Positions 47,801-57,548 are shown, counted from the stretch's first letter. The stretch: DNA of 64,000 bases from Opitutaceae bacterium (GCA_051252375.1 JBPOFY010000003.1:352001-416000); one strand, 5' to 3'. Notes: generated by a model not told the origin, from the sequence alone. Numbers and translations: made by a program.

Positions 47801-48499
47801 AGCGTTGATGAAATTGATATACTCGCAAAACGTATAGTGGAAGAGGTGAAACGCCGCGGTCCGTTTCTTTCGCTCGCTGATTTTGTTAACCGCCGACTGG
47901 AGCCAGATACCAATGTCGTCGGCGACGAACGTGTCTACCAAGAAGTCTTGGGCACCCTGCAAGCGGCGATCAACAAGGTGACGCTAAAAGACCAGGGAAT
48001 TAACTACCATTACTACAATAATCAAACCGGAGGTGGGACGATCATGTCCATCAAGCCCACCCAAGACTGGAACTCGATGGGTTTCAATGTCTCGACCGAG
48101 GCTCAAGAATCGATGTTTGGAGCACCCTCGAGCGAAATCGCTAGTCAGGGTGGTCTCATCCACAGTTACTCTCCCAACTTCCTCTCGCAGGCCGATGTGC
48201 TGACCAAGATTGGACCGAGCCTCACTGTTCGAGGTGATACTTATGTCATCCGCTCGTATGGTGATTCTAGGAATCGTGTTACAGATAAGGTGATCGCCAA
48301 AGCATGGTGCGAGGCTGTCGTGCAACGTGTGGCAGAGCCTGTCGATTGGGACGGTAGCGAAGCTCAGTTGATACAGACTCAAGCGCTCGATGACGTCAGT
48401 CAGGCAGACTTTGGTCGAAGCTTTAAACTGGTTAGCTTCCGTTGGCTGACTGAAGCCGAAGTGATGCCCTATGCCGATGATGCTGCGATTATCAACTAA
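44855..48499 (+). CDS. Large PilX/GspK-like N-terminal protein (Verru_Chthon cassette protein A-like), paralogue of 21925..25851
   Basis: Identical N-terminal block GFALIIALSLMAFVLLLLLSITTLVQVE; DESMKARVN, FNVNSTS..AWKA, RGPFLSLADFVNRRL, FGRSFKLVSFRWL. Confidence 0.75.
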   Translation: MYTFLAGRGTRSNKNQGFALIIALSLMAFVLLLLLSITTLVQVETQSADTGKRAMEARMNAQLGLQVAFGEIQRTLGPDARVSANASVLDSDPSTAEIDGIEHSHWLGVYPTVNPTDVNDSLLDPKALRDWSLARVQWLISGQDKTSLDPTLALTSDAVTLAQFIDDPTIQIPAHDQMGSLAATSLSKAQAELVEIDTGASTSGNYAYWVGDESMKARVNTQASESGGDVLGGVEVNTVQQQQSNYLVTQGTNFSTWLPGYADSLPNLNKVIAAGELESLANISGGTAWENWSVLNQDKFTPYSFSLPVDVVNGRLKKDLTAYFKGTDTRLDGESIIDPRFTVTADRFPTFDLLKQWATMVDDNQTAQEVVAPDNDASNPQHGLHPVITQGAVAMKLSYKIIGDKTFKPVYMFMPQIQLLNPHNVPLEAQDYIIQVGFQFRWWMQMNVQPYPKDRGTDDATWSGGNPEFRSWTATNGQEPLPVHKPAANEDIDYQGNKRFFTFVIKNQAFEPGESLIFYAKPPSSGEPAGVEYNLNSDADTDILNNYSSDEDLNLIWNEGALDDSFFYVVSPSVGTLVKTYTPIPNFNVSMKSESNFRSSITGSGANSDEDLEMHVNLYAFLDNEPLLLHAIRKGQKNERFGNWQRPTFPLSYYQAGNKPADDISPKYGGKNPLVNLGSSMLVSNFDIFDGGSNMNLPPNAGQPHAVLANWNIRNQESFSKSDDWSSGSVEASAWLSTFSFREVKEFLETWEYSDNLYGNPSTDRLGGWHQSLIQGTVYPFFDYPTSPYGPVSMGSFQHANLSVYGWQPTYAFGNAQAPARFDRSLTKDPSNADLYDISYLMNASIWDSCYLSTVPQTGVALESGMRLPNSRQYLTSINGEGPLDPAQLTNTKGFDLSAASIMVHGGFNVNSTSLTAWKAFLSGALGQSVETTHNTVPSNVDTAAAMGRFFVPLLDEPSTVAADRSQINFNAPNSWAATRTLSVDEIDILAKRIVEEVKRRGPFLSLADFVNRRLEPDTNVVGDERVYQEVLGTLQAAINKVTLKDQGINYHYYNNQTGGGTIMSIKPTQDWNSMGFNVSTEAQESMFGAPSSEIASQGGLIHSYSPNFLSQADVLTKIGPSLTVRGDTYVIRSYGDSRNRVTDKVIAKAWCEAVVQRVAEPVDWDGSEAQLIQTQALDDVSQADFGRSFKLVSFRWLTEAEVMPYADDAAIIN

Positions 48500-48583
48500 C
48501 TGACAACGATCAGCTCTTAGCTAGATTACCTACTATTCCAAAAGACTCTTCTCTATCGGCACACTCCTCACACTTTACATTTA

Positions 48584-49315
48584 ATGTTAAAACAAAACTT
48601 CATCGTTCTATTCATCACCTGCCTGTCATTGATTCAGATTTCCGCGCAGGATCAAGAGCGACAGGATGAGCTCTACGATCTGCCACCCGCGCAGGAAGGC
48701 GACCTTCTGTGTCGCTGCGTCAGCACCTTTTTGCCACAGGAAGCAGAGACCTTCTATTTCAAAATAGGCGGCAAATACCACGAGGTTGCCTTGGCTGGCG
48801 AGGGCATTTCGATGACATTTCCGGTGCGTAAAACCAACATCTTTACGCTCTATTCTAAAGGCGTATCTGATGAAGGTAATGTCATTTATATACCTGTTGT
48901 TGAGCAAGTGCTCAATGGAGCGGGTCTAGACCACCTCATCATACTCGGTCGCACTGCAAATTCAAAGACACTGCAGTCCGCAGCTTACAACCTTCACACC
49001 GATAACTTCCCTGCAAATGCGCTCCATTTATTCAATCAGACTCCATTGAGCTTGGGCGTGCAGGTCGATAAGGTCAATTCGTGGGTTGAGCCACTCTCAT
49101 TATACACGCACAAATTCAAAAACGTAGATCGTAACACATACACCTCCGCAAAAATTGCCATTGCCTACAAAGGTGAAGCAAAAATTATGTCGAGTAAGCG
49201 ACTACGGCTTTTGCCGGGGCGTCGTGTTATCATGATCTGTTTCCCGAGTAAGGCTAGGGCCGACATGGGAGCGACTCCATTGCGAGTTCTTACTCTAGAG
49301 GACATGCCTAAGTAA
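48584..49315 (+). CDS. Secreted hypothetical protein, partner of the PilX-like gene
   Basis: Signal peptide; 243 aa, similar in size and layout to the partners at 20.3-21.9 kb (FPANALHLFNQTP versus FKFGHTKILNFTP). Confidence 0.65.
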   Translation: MLKQNFIVLFITCLSLIQISAQDQERQDELYDLPPAQEGDLLCRCVSTFLPQEAETFYFKIGGKYHEVALAGEGISMTFPVRKTNIFTLYSKGVSDEGNVIYIPVVEQVLNGAGLDHLIILGRTANSKTLQSAAYNLHTDNFPANALHLFNQTPLSLGVQVDKVNSWVEPLSLYTHKFKNVDRNTYTSAKIAIAYKGEAKIMSSKRLRLLPGRRVIMICFPSKARADMGATPLRVLTLEDMPK

Positions 49316-49330
49316 CATTTCGACCACCTC

Positions 49331-49348
49331 CCTTCGACTTTGCTCAGG
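49331..49348 (+). repeat. Short dispersed element CCTTCGAC-TTT-GCTCAGG
   Basis: Third copy of the element at 36334-36350 and 60394-60409. Confidence 0.55.
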
Positions 49349-49485
49349 ATGTAACACGGGGCAGACAGGATTAGATTGGGAGATTCCAATATCTATAGTC
49401 GTGCGTTACGAGGTCAGTCTTCGGACACCATAAAAGCGATTTATATGATGGGGTGATGCTTCCAAAATGGAGCAGTGCTGGACGA

Positions 49486-51678
49486 CTACTTAACCATTAC
49501 GGTAAGGCGGCGTATCTTGTAGTCCGCTGCGTTTTTGCTGAATGTCCAGTCCTTCCTTCCGGAGGGTGCATTGCCGATTCCAATATCGACTGGACCGCCA
49601 CTGTTTCCCCAATTGTTGATGGCAAAGATTGTTTGCTTATCCTTCCAGTTGTGGACCTGCATGCTGCCGTAGCCTGGGTTTTGTTGGCTTGGTGAGTCGC
49701 CGAAATCGTGAGTTGAGTCGGATGCGCCGGAGATGTTGCCCTTATTTTCGGTTGAATAATTGTTGGGCCAGAACTCGATGTTTCCGCCGTCACTGTTGGT
49801 GCAAGATGTGAGGCCGCTGACGTTTGTGCGAACAGTCAGATTGCTAACTTTTTGCATGAAATGCGCACCGCTGGCTTTCGTGGGGAAGGCTATTTTTTTT
49901 ACGTCCTCCGTGAAGCGATCCATCGAGGTGAAAACATATTGTTTTGTGCCGTCGTTGTTTTCGAGTTCGAGGTAATAGGCGATTTGACTGAAAGGTGCTG
50001 CGTCGGTCGCGCTATTGTTTGTGGTATATGTGGGAGCTGATGCACCATAGTTGGCATCGGTCGGGACATCGATTTGGTAGATCACTCGAAACCCTTTAGC
50101 CTCGGGCACTTGGCTGAGAGCGGGGTTGTTGACCTTGGGCAAATCACCCGCGCGGAAAGTGGCGGCTGGAAGTCCGGCAGTGTTGACCAGATTTGGTGTG
50201 GCTAACTTGTGCCACGCAAAACGAACGGCAATAGGTTCTGGCACTGCATCTGAATGCACGATTACGGTGTTGTCGGAAATCTGGGCAGTAGCCTTGGTGA
50301 AGACGCCGTCTTTACCAGCAACTTCGAACCAGTCGGGCGATTTTCCATCGCGTGTGCTGAGCCCCTCTGCGGATATGAAATGGAGGTGTAGCTCGCTGCC
50401 TTGTGTCTGTAATGATTCGAAGACCGGCCCTGTGGACACGATGTCTTTGCCATAATCGTTGGCGAGCGCGAGTAGGGCGAGACGAGTGCCTGGTATTTCT
50501 TTATTGGGCGGATGGATATTGTTGAGCGTCGTGTAATCGCTGACCACGGCCATCCCTGTTTTGGGGATCGTCTTGACGATTTCTGCCTGAGCCTCCCAGA
50601 AGATTGGCAGAATATCTGAGGATTCTTTGCCATACTGATACGGTGCGATTTGAACAAAGTAATAAGGGAATTCATAGCCCCATGCTTCACGCCATCCTTT
50701 AAGGAGTGCTTTGGTCTTGTCGACATAGAGCATGCCTTCGCTGTGGTTCGACTCACCTTGATACCAGATAGCCCCACGTATCGCGTAAGGGACGTGGGCA
50801 TGCAGCATACCGTTGTAGAGTTTAGTCGGTGTTTGCTGATTACCTGTGAGGATTAATCCTTCGGGGAATTCAGGTGGTGCGGACACATAGCTATTGGTTT
50901 CTGCTGCGAGGTGAGCAGTTGCGGACCATTCATTTATTTGGCGCAAATAGTCATCCATCGCCTTGGTGTAGGCTGGTGAGCCCGGCAGTGTCTTCTGCAC
51001 TTGTTGGTGGATACTTTTGAGCGAGTCAATGCCTTCAAAGCCTGAAGGTGGGGTCCAAGGCTCAATTCGGGTGCCGCCCCAAGCGCTTTGCAGTAGACCG
51101 ATCGGCACGTTCAACTCTTGTTGCAGCTTGCGGCCAAAATAGTAGGCCACCGCGGAAAAGCTCTCTGCGGTCTCGGGAGTGCAGACTTTCCAATTGGCAT
51201 CGATCACATCCAATGGCTTTTCGGAGGGTCGTTTTGGGGTATGGAAGAGACGGATTTGAGGATGATTGGCCGCCGCGATCGCAGCTTGTGGGTTTTCAGA
51301 TTTCAGCATCGACCACTCCATATTGGACTGACCGGAGCAGAGCCAAACTTCGCCGACCAGCACATCGGCAAATGTGAGCTGTATGAGCTCGGCGTTTTCT
51401 TTTGTAGAGATGACTAGCTTGCCCGGTTCTGCTGATGCATTCAGGGGCTCAAGCTCGACACGCCAGTTGCCGTCATCATCGGCCTGTGTAATTTTTTTCT
51501 GTCCCGCAAACTCAACTGCGATCCGCGAGTGGGGTGCGGCTTTACCCCAAATTGGTAATGCTTGATCGCGTTGCAATACCATGTGATCTGAAAAAACAGA
51601 TGGCAGGCTGAGTTTTGTGCCGAAGCAACTGCATGCAACCAGCAGCAGGAGGTATGGGAGCGTTCTGAATGGGGTCAT
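49486..51678 (-). CDS. Sialate O-acetylesterase-like SGNH esterase with an extra C-terminal domain
   Basis: FSDHMVLQR, GEVWLCSGQSNM, WGGTRIEPW, WYQGESN, NNIHPPNK. Confidence 0.88.
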   Translation of the reverse strand: MTPFRTLPYLLLLVACSCFGTKLSLPSVFSDHMVLQRDQALPIWGKAAPHSRIAVEFAGQKKITQADDDGNWRVELEPLNASAEPGKLVISTKENAELIQLTFADVLVGEVWLCSGQSNMEWSMLKSENPQAAIAAANHPQIRLFHTPKRPSEKPLDVIDANWKVCTPETAESFSAVAYYFGRKLQQELNVPIGLLQSAWGGTRIEPWTPPSGFEGIDSLKSIHQQVQKTLPGSPAYTKAMDDYLRQINEWSATAHLAAETNSYVSAPPEFPEGLILTGNQQTPTKLYNGMLHAHVPYAIRGAIWYQGESNHSEGMLYVDKTKALLKGWREAWGYEFPYYFVQIAPYQYGKESSDILPIFWEAQAEIVKTIPKTGMAVVSDYTTLNNIHPPNKEIPGTRLALLALANDYGKDIVSTGPVFESLQTQGSELHLHFISAEGLSTRDGKSPDWFEVAGKDGVFTKATAQISDNTVIVHSDAVPEPIAVRFAWHKLATPNLVNTAGLPAATFRAGDLPKVNNPALSQVPEAKGFRVIYQIDVPTDANYGASAPTYTTNNSATDAAPFSQIAYYLELENNDGTKQYVFTSMDRFTEDVKKIAFPTKASGAHFMQKVSNLTVRTNVSGLTSCTNSDGGNIEFWPNNYSTENKGNISGASDSTHDFGDSPSQQNPGYGSMQVHNWKDKQTIFAINNWGNSGGPVDIGIGNAPSGRKDWTFSKNAADYKIRRLTVMVK

Positions 51679-52739
51679 TTTTTATTCGTGTTATCTATAA
51701 TTCGAAAGACATGTGAGCAGCTGCCGTAGCCATCATTTACATTCACGCCGGTTGCTAGGTAAAGGTAGGCAGGCTTGCCGTTTATTTTTAAGATTTGCGC
51801 CCGTTCAAGGTGACCATGGTTTTTGCCTCTGTAAACGTTCGCATCGCGCAATGTTTCTTCACCAATGTAATGGGCGAGGTCCTCGTAGGCGCGGGTCACA
51901 TTTTTGGGGTTAAAATAGCCGCCGCGATGGGATTTCCAGAGTAAGCCCCCACCGGTAGAGCCTTTTGATCCGCCAAAATCACGGCTGATTAAATAAACCG
52001 AATCATTGTAACTGAATCCGTAGGCATCCTCCAGCGGCATGGACAAAGGTGTGACGGACTTTTCGAAGTTTTCATATGGACCTTCGAGTTGTTCGGAAAC
52101 TGCGACCCCGTATACGTAGGTGCCTCTTTTGGCGTCAGGTGTTTTTTTGACGACAGATTTATGGTAGAGCAGATATCTGCCGTTATTTTTGACAAGGGAG
52201 GGATTGGATACGCCGAGTTGTGCGGTATAGTTCCAGTCGGTGGGGACTGTGGATTTTCTTAGCATGGTGCCGTCTGCCTCTGCGCCGGCTGCGGGTCTCC
52301 AATTGTCATCCAGATCATCGGCGACATACATGATGATGCGTTGAGTCTTCAGTTTGTTGTCCTCATTCACGATGAAGCAAAGGACATACTTATCATCGAT
52401 TTTTTTGATAGTTGGATTGTGGGGGGAGTTGAATGATCCATCTTGGTCGGGCACCGCGATACGAACGAATTCGAAAGGACCTTCGGGTTTGTCGCCGACA
52501 TAGTGCGCGATTTCACAGTCTTTATACCAACCGTTGAAATTAGGCTGAGTGTCCGTCGGCCATTGCGCCACATAGAGGTGCACTTTGCCATCGGGACCGA
52601 TGACTGGCGAGGATCCCCAGACGTGGGTGCCTTCGGTTTGGACGGCAGGGCCGATATATTCGAAATCAAAGTCGCACGGCTTGGCGATGGTCAATAGTGG
52701 AAAGGCGAATAGCGCAACGAGGAGTGTTTGTATCTTCAT
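51675..52739 (-). CDS. Secreted five-bladed beta-propeller glycoside hydrolase (GH43/GH117-like)
   Basis: Likely start MKIQTLLVALFAFPLL at 52739; VWGSSP, PEGPF, HNPTI, SNPSL, LEGPY, EDAY, LERAQ. Confidence 0.7.
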   Translation of the reverse strand: MKIQTLLVALFAFPLLTIAKPCDFDFEYIGPAVQTEGTHVWGSSPVIGPDGKVHLYVAQWPTDTQPNFNGWYKDCEIAHYVGDKPEGPFEFVRIAVPDQDGSFNSPHNPTIKKIDDKYVLCFIVNEDNKLKTQRIIMYVADDLDDNWRPAAGAEADGTMLRKSTVPTDWNYTAQLGVSNPSLVKNNGRYLLYHKSVVKKTPDAKRGTYVYGVAVSEQLEGPYENFEKSVTPLSMPLEDAYGFSYNDSVYLISRDFGGSKGSTGGGLLWKSHRGGYFNPKNVTRAYEDLAHYIGEETLRDANVYRGKNHGHLERAQILKINGKPAYLYLATGVNVNDGYGSCSHVFRIIDNTNKK

Positions 52740-52795
52740 GAGTAAATAGAGTGGGGTGGCTAGTTGTGAAGTGTGATACCGCTTAGGTATTTCGA

Positions 52796-54841
52796 CTATT
52801 GCGCCCGATGGAATGCCGCGGCTGGTATGGGGCCACTGTCTATGCCAGGACCTGACCATTCGAGTGACAAGGTATTCATCTTGCCGGGTTTGATATAGCA
52901 ACTGAAGGGGTGAAGACCGGCTTCAAGTCGGATCGTAGCGGATCTAGTATTACCGGAAATATAGTGGGCATCGGCTTCGATTAGAGTGATGTGATGCAGG
53001 CGTAGCAGTGCCTTGCCGCCAGAGTTCAGTGCGAAAGTGTATTCGCCGCTTTTGGGTGCGTAGAGGTAGCCAGAGACCATTCGCTGTGAGCCGTGGGCGA
53101 TTGTGTCGAGTTTGGCTGTGGGTGTATCGATTTGTCCCTGTGCGCTTGGAGTGAGCTTATCTGTATTGGCGAGCCATGGGCTGGTGATCGAGTAGTCTGC
53201 CCAGTTTAGACCGGATTCCAAATTGTTCAGCTTGATCGAAGGAACGAGTTCTTTGTCGTAGGGACGCTTGGCAGCTGCAGATGGGCGGCGCATGCGTAGA
53301 GTGGTGTCTTTCATTTGCGCTTGCAGGTCGGTGCGCTCCATCGCCAGATCTGTCGATTGCTGGGGGTCTTTGACGATGTTGTAGATTTGAAAGGGATCGC
53401 TATGGCTTTTTATATTATAGCGCACGCCCATATAGTCGCCGATACGGATCGCTTGCATCTCGTTACGCTGCAGATTGCGGTGCTTGGGTAGGAATCTCGA
53501 ATATTCGGGGCTTTTACTTTTTTGTTGGTATTCAAAATAGAGTTTTGAGGGCAATTGCTGACCGACGCCTGTCAATGCGGGAAGCAGCGAGACACCGTCA
53601 CTGCGGATAGGTGCGGGAGTGCCGGCCATTTCAGTGAAGGTGGGCATCCAGTCCCAAAATGCAGAGGGTGTGTCACAGACTTGGTTGGGGGCGATTTTAG
53701 CAGGCCAGCGAGCAAGGGCGCCAACGCGTATGCCGCCTTCAAGGAGGTCGCGCTTAATGCCGTCGAAGGGGCCGTAGCTGTCGAAGAAGTTCGGCGCATA
53801 CTTTTCCTTCATGTAGGATTCTTTACTCGGACCATTATCGGAGGTGAAGACGATCATGGTGTTGTCGTCGATATTCAGATCTTTGAGCAGATGTATTAAG
53901 TCGCCGACGCAGTCGTCGATGCGGCGCACCATGGTGGCATAACGCTGGTAGATGTCGGGCCATGGTTGGTTGTTTTTCCAGCGGGCCTGTTTGTAGTCGG
54001 GGTGTATCCAGGAGTCGGGTGTGCCGGTTGCGGTGTTAATCATCTTTCCCGGTTTTTCGAGCCATTGTAAGCCGCCGTATCTGCCTCCGCCTTCAGGGTA
54101 GGCGACCGTCGGCACCTGCAGGATGGCATGCGGTGTGTCGTAGGCTAGATAAACGAAGAAGGGTTGATCCGGTGTCTTCTTGTTGTGATCAATAATCCAT
54201 TGCTTGGTGCGCGCAGTAAAGAGGTCGGTGGTGTAACATCTGTCAAAGTCTGCAGTCACATCCTTCGTATCGTGTAATAGTCGTGCCTTGTCTTCTTTGG
54301 GGTAGTGGCTGTGTCCGGCCTTGTGTGTGAGATAGCCGAAATATTCATCAAAGCCTCGATTGAGAGGGTGGGCGGGATAGCCGTTTTTCTGGTCATCTTG
54401 TTTCCCGCCATGGCCCTGTAGCCCCCATTTGCCTACGGCATAAGTGGCATAGCCTAAATTACTGAGGGTGCTGGCGATCGTGTGGTTTGCCCCAAGCGCT
54501 TTGTCGAACTGGTTGTTACGCACACTCGCGTGACCTTGGTGCACTCCGGCGAGGAGTGAGGCGCGTGAAGGTGCACAGACCGGAGCGGCGGCATAGTGAT
54601 GTGGCATCGTCGCGCCCTCGGCAGCCATCTTGTCGAGTTGCGGCGTGAAATGCCAGGGCTCATCTGCAAGTGCGGCTTCTTCACGTTGATTTTGATAGAA
54701 GACGCCGACATCACCATAACCAAGATCATCGCAAAGGATGAAAATGATATTCGGTTGTTCGCTGGCACTGACGGCAGTGGCTACAAAAGAGCATACACTC
54801 GCGATTAAGGGGAAGAGTTTTATGCGAATATTCTCGATCAT
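52796..54841 (-). CDS. Secreted sulfatase (S1) with C-terminal PA14-like domain
   Basis: QPNIIFILCDDLGYGD, CAPSRASLL, GKWGL, FTSDNG; C-terminal SGYLYAPKSGEYTF...LEAGLHP...LEWSGPG. Confidence 0.92.
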   Translation of the reverse strand: MIENIRIKLFPLIASVCSFVATAVSASEQPNIIFILCDDLGYGDVGVFYQNQREEAALADEPWHFTPQLDKMAAEGATMPHHYAAAPVCAPSRASLLAGVHQGHASVRNNQFDKALGANHTIASTLSNLGYATYAVGKWGLQGHGGKQDDQKNGYPAHPLNRGFDEYFGYLTHKAGHSHYPKEDKARLLHDTKDVTADFDRCYTTDLFTARTKQWIIDHNKKTPDQPFFVYLAYDTPHAILQVPTVAYPEGGGRYGGLQWLEKPGKMINTATGTPDSWIHPDYKQARWKNNQPWPDIYQRYATMVRRIDDCVGDLIHLLKDLNIDDNTMIVFTSDNGPSKESYMKEKYAPNFFDSYGPFDGIKRDLLEGGIRVGALARWPAKIAPNQVCDTPSAFWDWMPTFTEMAGTPAPIRSDGVSLLPALTGVGQQLPSKLYFEYQQKSKSPEYSRFLPKHRNLQRNEMQAIRIGDYMGVRYNIKSHSDPFQIYNIVKDPQQSTDLAMERTDLQAQMKDTTLRMRRPSAAAKRPYDKELVPSIKLNNLESGLNWADYSITSPWLANTDKLTPSAQGQIDTPTAKLDTIAHGSQRMVSGYLYAPKSGEYTFALNSGGKALLRLHHITLIEADAHYISGNTRSATIRLEAGLHPFSCYIKPGKMNTLSLEWSGPGIDSGPIPAAAFHRAQ

Positions 54842-54871
54842 AGATACAGGGTTGCGGTTGCTCGCACTAGT

Positions 54872-55996
54872 TTAGTGTTGAGCGGGTCCGCTGTCGGCAC
54901 TGGGGAATCCGTTGGCTTTAATGCGGCGACCCATCTCGCGGAGTGTCGAAATGTCGGTTGGGTGTATGGATCCGTTTGGAAGTGGTCCTGTGTTGATCAA
55001 TAGATTGGCGTTGGACTGAGCCGCTGCGACGAGCTTCTTGGTGAGTTCGTCGGGTTTGATATGCGCGGCATTCTTTTTGAACCCCCAACCACCTTTGTGC
55101 AAGGTGCTGCAAACTTCCATTGGTTTGTTGTCGGGATTCTTCACGGCTTTATGTTCTGGTGCGAAATAGTCTTCGGTGCCGAGTAAGCCCTGCTTGTAGG
55201 AGATCAATACCTGCGGCTGTAGGCTGTGGATGTGATCGTAGAGTTCTTGTGCTTTGAATAGGGATCTGTCGCCGGCGTAGGGCACGCCGATACCATCCAA
55301 CCAAATGGACGCAACTGGACCGTATTGGGTGAGCAATTCAGTGACCTGCTCTGACATGTAGTCTAGGTATTTTTGTAGGTCGTGATCTTTACCGTAAGCG
55401 TAGTATGGCTCAGGTGTTGCATACTTCGGGCGTGCGCTGCCACCCCAATTGTCGTTGTTTGGAGCGTGTGGATGTCTCCAGTCGCGGCCATGAGAGAAAT
55501 ACAGACAGAGCCCGAGGTCTTTTTCCCGGCAAGCATCGGCGAGTTCTTCGACCAAGTCGCGCTTGGCAGGGCTGTTAACGCTGTTGAAATCCGTGGTCTT
55601 GGTATTGAAGAGACAGAATGAGTCGTGGTGACGAGTCGTGATATTGATGTATTTCATCCCCGCTTCCAGCGCGAGATCTGTGATGAAGTCGGCGTCGAAT
55701 TTTTCTGCAGTGAACCGGTCCTTTAATTTGGCGTATTCGGCAACGTGCATCTTTTCCTTAATCATCACCCATTCACCACGGCCTAAGAGGCTGTAGAGAC
55801 CGTAGTGAATGAATAGACCATATTTGGCATCGCGGAACCATTTTGTCGCGGCGGCACGTGGGTCTGTTTGATAGAGATCTTCATAGCCCTTCAAGTATGA
55901 CGGAATGCCGGCGTGATGGGCCGCATTCAACCAAGAAGGGAGTGCGAGTGCGCCGGCAGCAAGGGAAGTTGTTTTGATGAAGTGACGTCGATTCAT
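54872..55996 (-). CDS. GH29 alpha-L-fucosidase with Tat signal
   Basis: MNRRHFIK; WFRDAKYGLFIHYGLYS, TTRHHDSF, IWLDG, NLLINTGP. Confidence 0.92.
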   Translation of the reverse strand: MNRRHFIKTTSLAAGALALPSWLNAAHHAGIPSYLKGYEDLYQTDPRAAATKWFRDAKYGLFIHYGLYSLLGRGEWVMIKEKMHVAEYAKLKDRFTAEKFDADFITDLALEAGMKYINITTRHHDSFCLFNTKTTDFNSVNSPAKRDLVEELADACREKDLGLCLYFSHGRDWRHPHAPNNDNWGGSARPKYATPEPYYAYGKDHDLQKYLDYMSEQVTELLTQYGPVASIWLDGIGVPYAGDRSLFKAQELYDHIHSLQPQVLISYKQGLLGTEDYFAPEHKAVKNPDNKPMEVCSTLHKGGWGFKKNAAHIKPDELTKKLVAAAQSNANLLINTGPLPNGSIHPTDISTLREMGRRIKANGFPSADSGPAQH

Positions 55997-56471
55997 AGTA
56001 TTCTGTATTGAGGGGTTTTAATGTAATAAAGCTGGTGGTTATTCCGAAAGATATGAAAGGGAAAGGGTGTCGTTTGAGGTGTCGATTACAAGCATGAGTG
56101 CGTTATTGGCATCGAGTTTTTAGATTTTGGATAAACCTGTAGGATGAGCGTGGCATGAAAGTGATTTAGATAAATAGCCATCTGTATTTTATAACACTGT
56201 AGGCTTGTTGATCTTTACACTAAATCATGCCCGCAAATACGCGATGCGAGCTCGATAGGTGGCCGTCTTGCGCTTATTAGCTGTCAGCTATGAACGTAAG
56301 GTTGTCGAAGGTGTAGACGTGTCGATTGAGTTGTGGAGATGGCTTATTCATATGCCATCTCCAAGGATAGGACTAACTTATAAAGCTTTCTGCAGTCGAG
56401 ATGCTCATTGGGCGCGCTTTAGTGCCTCAACTAATAAAAGTGGCCTACGAGCGGTCTATACAGTTTTGGGT

Positions 56472-56508
56472 AAGAAAGAAAAAGGCCACCCGCTATGGGT
56501 GGCCTTTT
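56472..56508 (-). terminator. Intrinsic terminator of the small PEP-CTERM gene
   Basis: Minus strand AAAAGGCCACCC-ATAGC-GGGTGGCCTTTTTCTTTCTT. Confidence 0.8.
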
Positions 56509-56533
56509 AAATGGATCAAATTTTTTGTAAGGA

Positions 56534-57298
56534 CTAGACCTTGCGGCGACGAAGCGCCACCCAAGTGAGTGCTAGTAAGCCCCCCATGAGCGCGTATGTG
56601 CCAGGCTCTGGGACAGCAGAGATTTGAACGTTACCGATGCGTGTGGCCGCTTGTAGATCGTTTTGTGTGCGTGTGCGGTCTGTGAATGCCAATCGGAAGT
56701 CTACCAGTTCACCAGCGCCAACAGCAAAGCTGTCGGAGAATGTGATCGTGCCTTGATTGCCGTTGCCAGTTGCGCTGGTATCGAGTGCACCGAATTGGAG
56801 GTATGCGCCACCAGCTACAGAAACGAATAAACCCACATCACGTGCACCGTAGCTGCTTGTATTATTTGAGTTATTGAATAACTGAAAAGAAAACTCGGTA
56901 AGATCTTGGTCTTTTGCTGCGGTATAAGAGAAGTCGATCCGCGGACCACTGGCTGCGTGTCCTGCGCTGAGTGTGCCACCTAAAACGCCGTTGCCAGCTG
57001 TAGTGCTAGAGCTACCGAAACGGAACATGAGGTCATTTTGGTCGCCAAAGGCCCCTTGGACATTGGTTTGGGAGCCATGAACTGCGGCCATGATTGCCTT
57101 GCTTCCAAATGTGTTAAATTGCTGGGACGATGTGACAAAGTCAGTGTCGGTTTGACCGTCAATGCGCGACAGGGCAGTAGCGGAACCACCTGATGCGGCG
57201 AGCAGACTGTCATACATTAAAATCACATCCGCTTGTGCGGTGCTGGCGAAAGCCAATGCTGCAAATGCGGTAAGGGCTGTTTTCTGGAGTATTTTCAT
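56534..57298 (-). CDS. PEP-CTERM sorting domain protein
   Basis: Signal peptide; C-terminal VPEPGTYALMGGLLALTWVALRRRKV. Confidence 0.92.
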   Translation of the reverse strand: MKILQKTALTAFAALAFASTAQADVILMYDSLLAASGGSATALSRIDGQTDTDFVTSSQQFNTFGSKAIMAAVHGSQTNVQGAFGDQNDLMFRFGSSSTTAGNGVLGGTLSAGHAASGPRIDFSYTAAKDQDLTEFSFQLFNNSNNTSSYGARDVGLFVSVAGGAYLQFGALDTSATGNGNQGTITFSDSFAVGAGELVDFRLAFTDRTRTQNDLQAATRIGNVQISAVPEPGTYALMGGLLALTWVALRRRKV

Positions 57299-57354
57299 GT
57301 GAGGGTATTTATTAAAACAGTAGGTTATAGTTATGTAAACGCATGCTAATGCAA

Positions 57355-57410
57355 ATTATTTACACACGATTGTAAAAAAACGTTTTTAGGGCATTTTCTT
57401 TAAGATTGAG
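57355..57410 (-). promoter_or_regulatory. Conserved upstream element of PEP-CTERM gene (copy A)
   Basis: Matches 59983-60041 in two blocks (22/26 and 17/21 nt by hand alignment). Confidence 0.6.
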
Positions 57411-57487
57411 GTAGTGATGCGGATTATACGCGCTTCTCTGCATGAACTAACAATGGGGCTTTATTCGTTCTATACAGCAGTCTGAAT

Positions 57488-57523
57488 AAAAGAAAAAGGC
57501 CACCCCTTGAAGGGGTGGCCTTT
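57488..57523 (-). terminator. Intrinsic terminator of the large PEP-CTERM gene
   Basis: Minus strand AAAGGCCACCCCTTCAAGGGGTGGCCTTTTTCTTTT. Confidence 0.8.
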
Positions 57524-57548
57524 AGTAAGTTTGTATTGGGCTCTAGCC

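Noticed and set aside
52740..52901. Long overlap between the propeller hydrolase ORF and the upstream sulfatase
   Set aside because: The signal peptide begins at ATG 52739, so the overlap is an artefact of the longest-ORF call.
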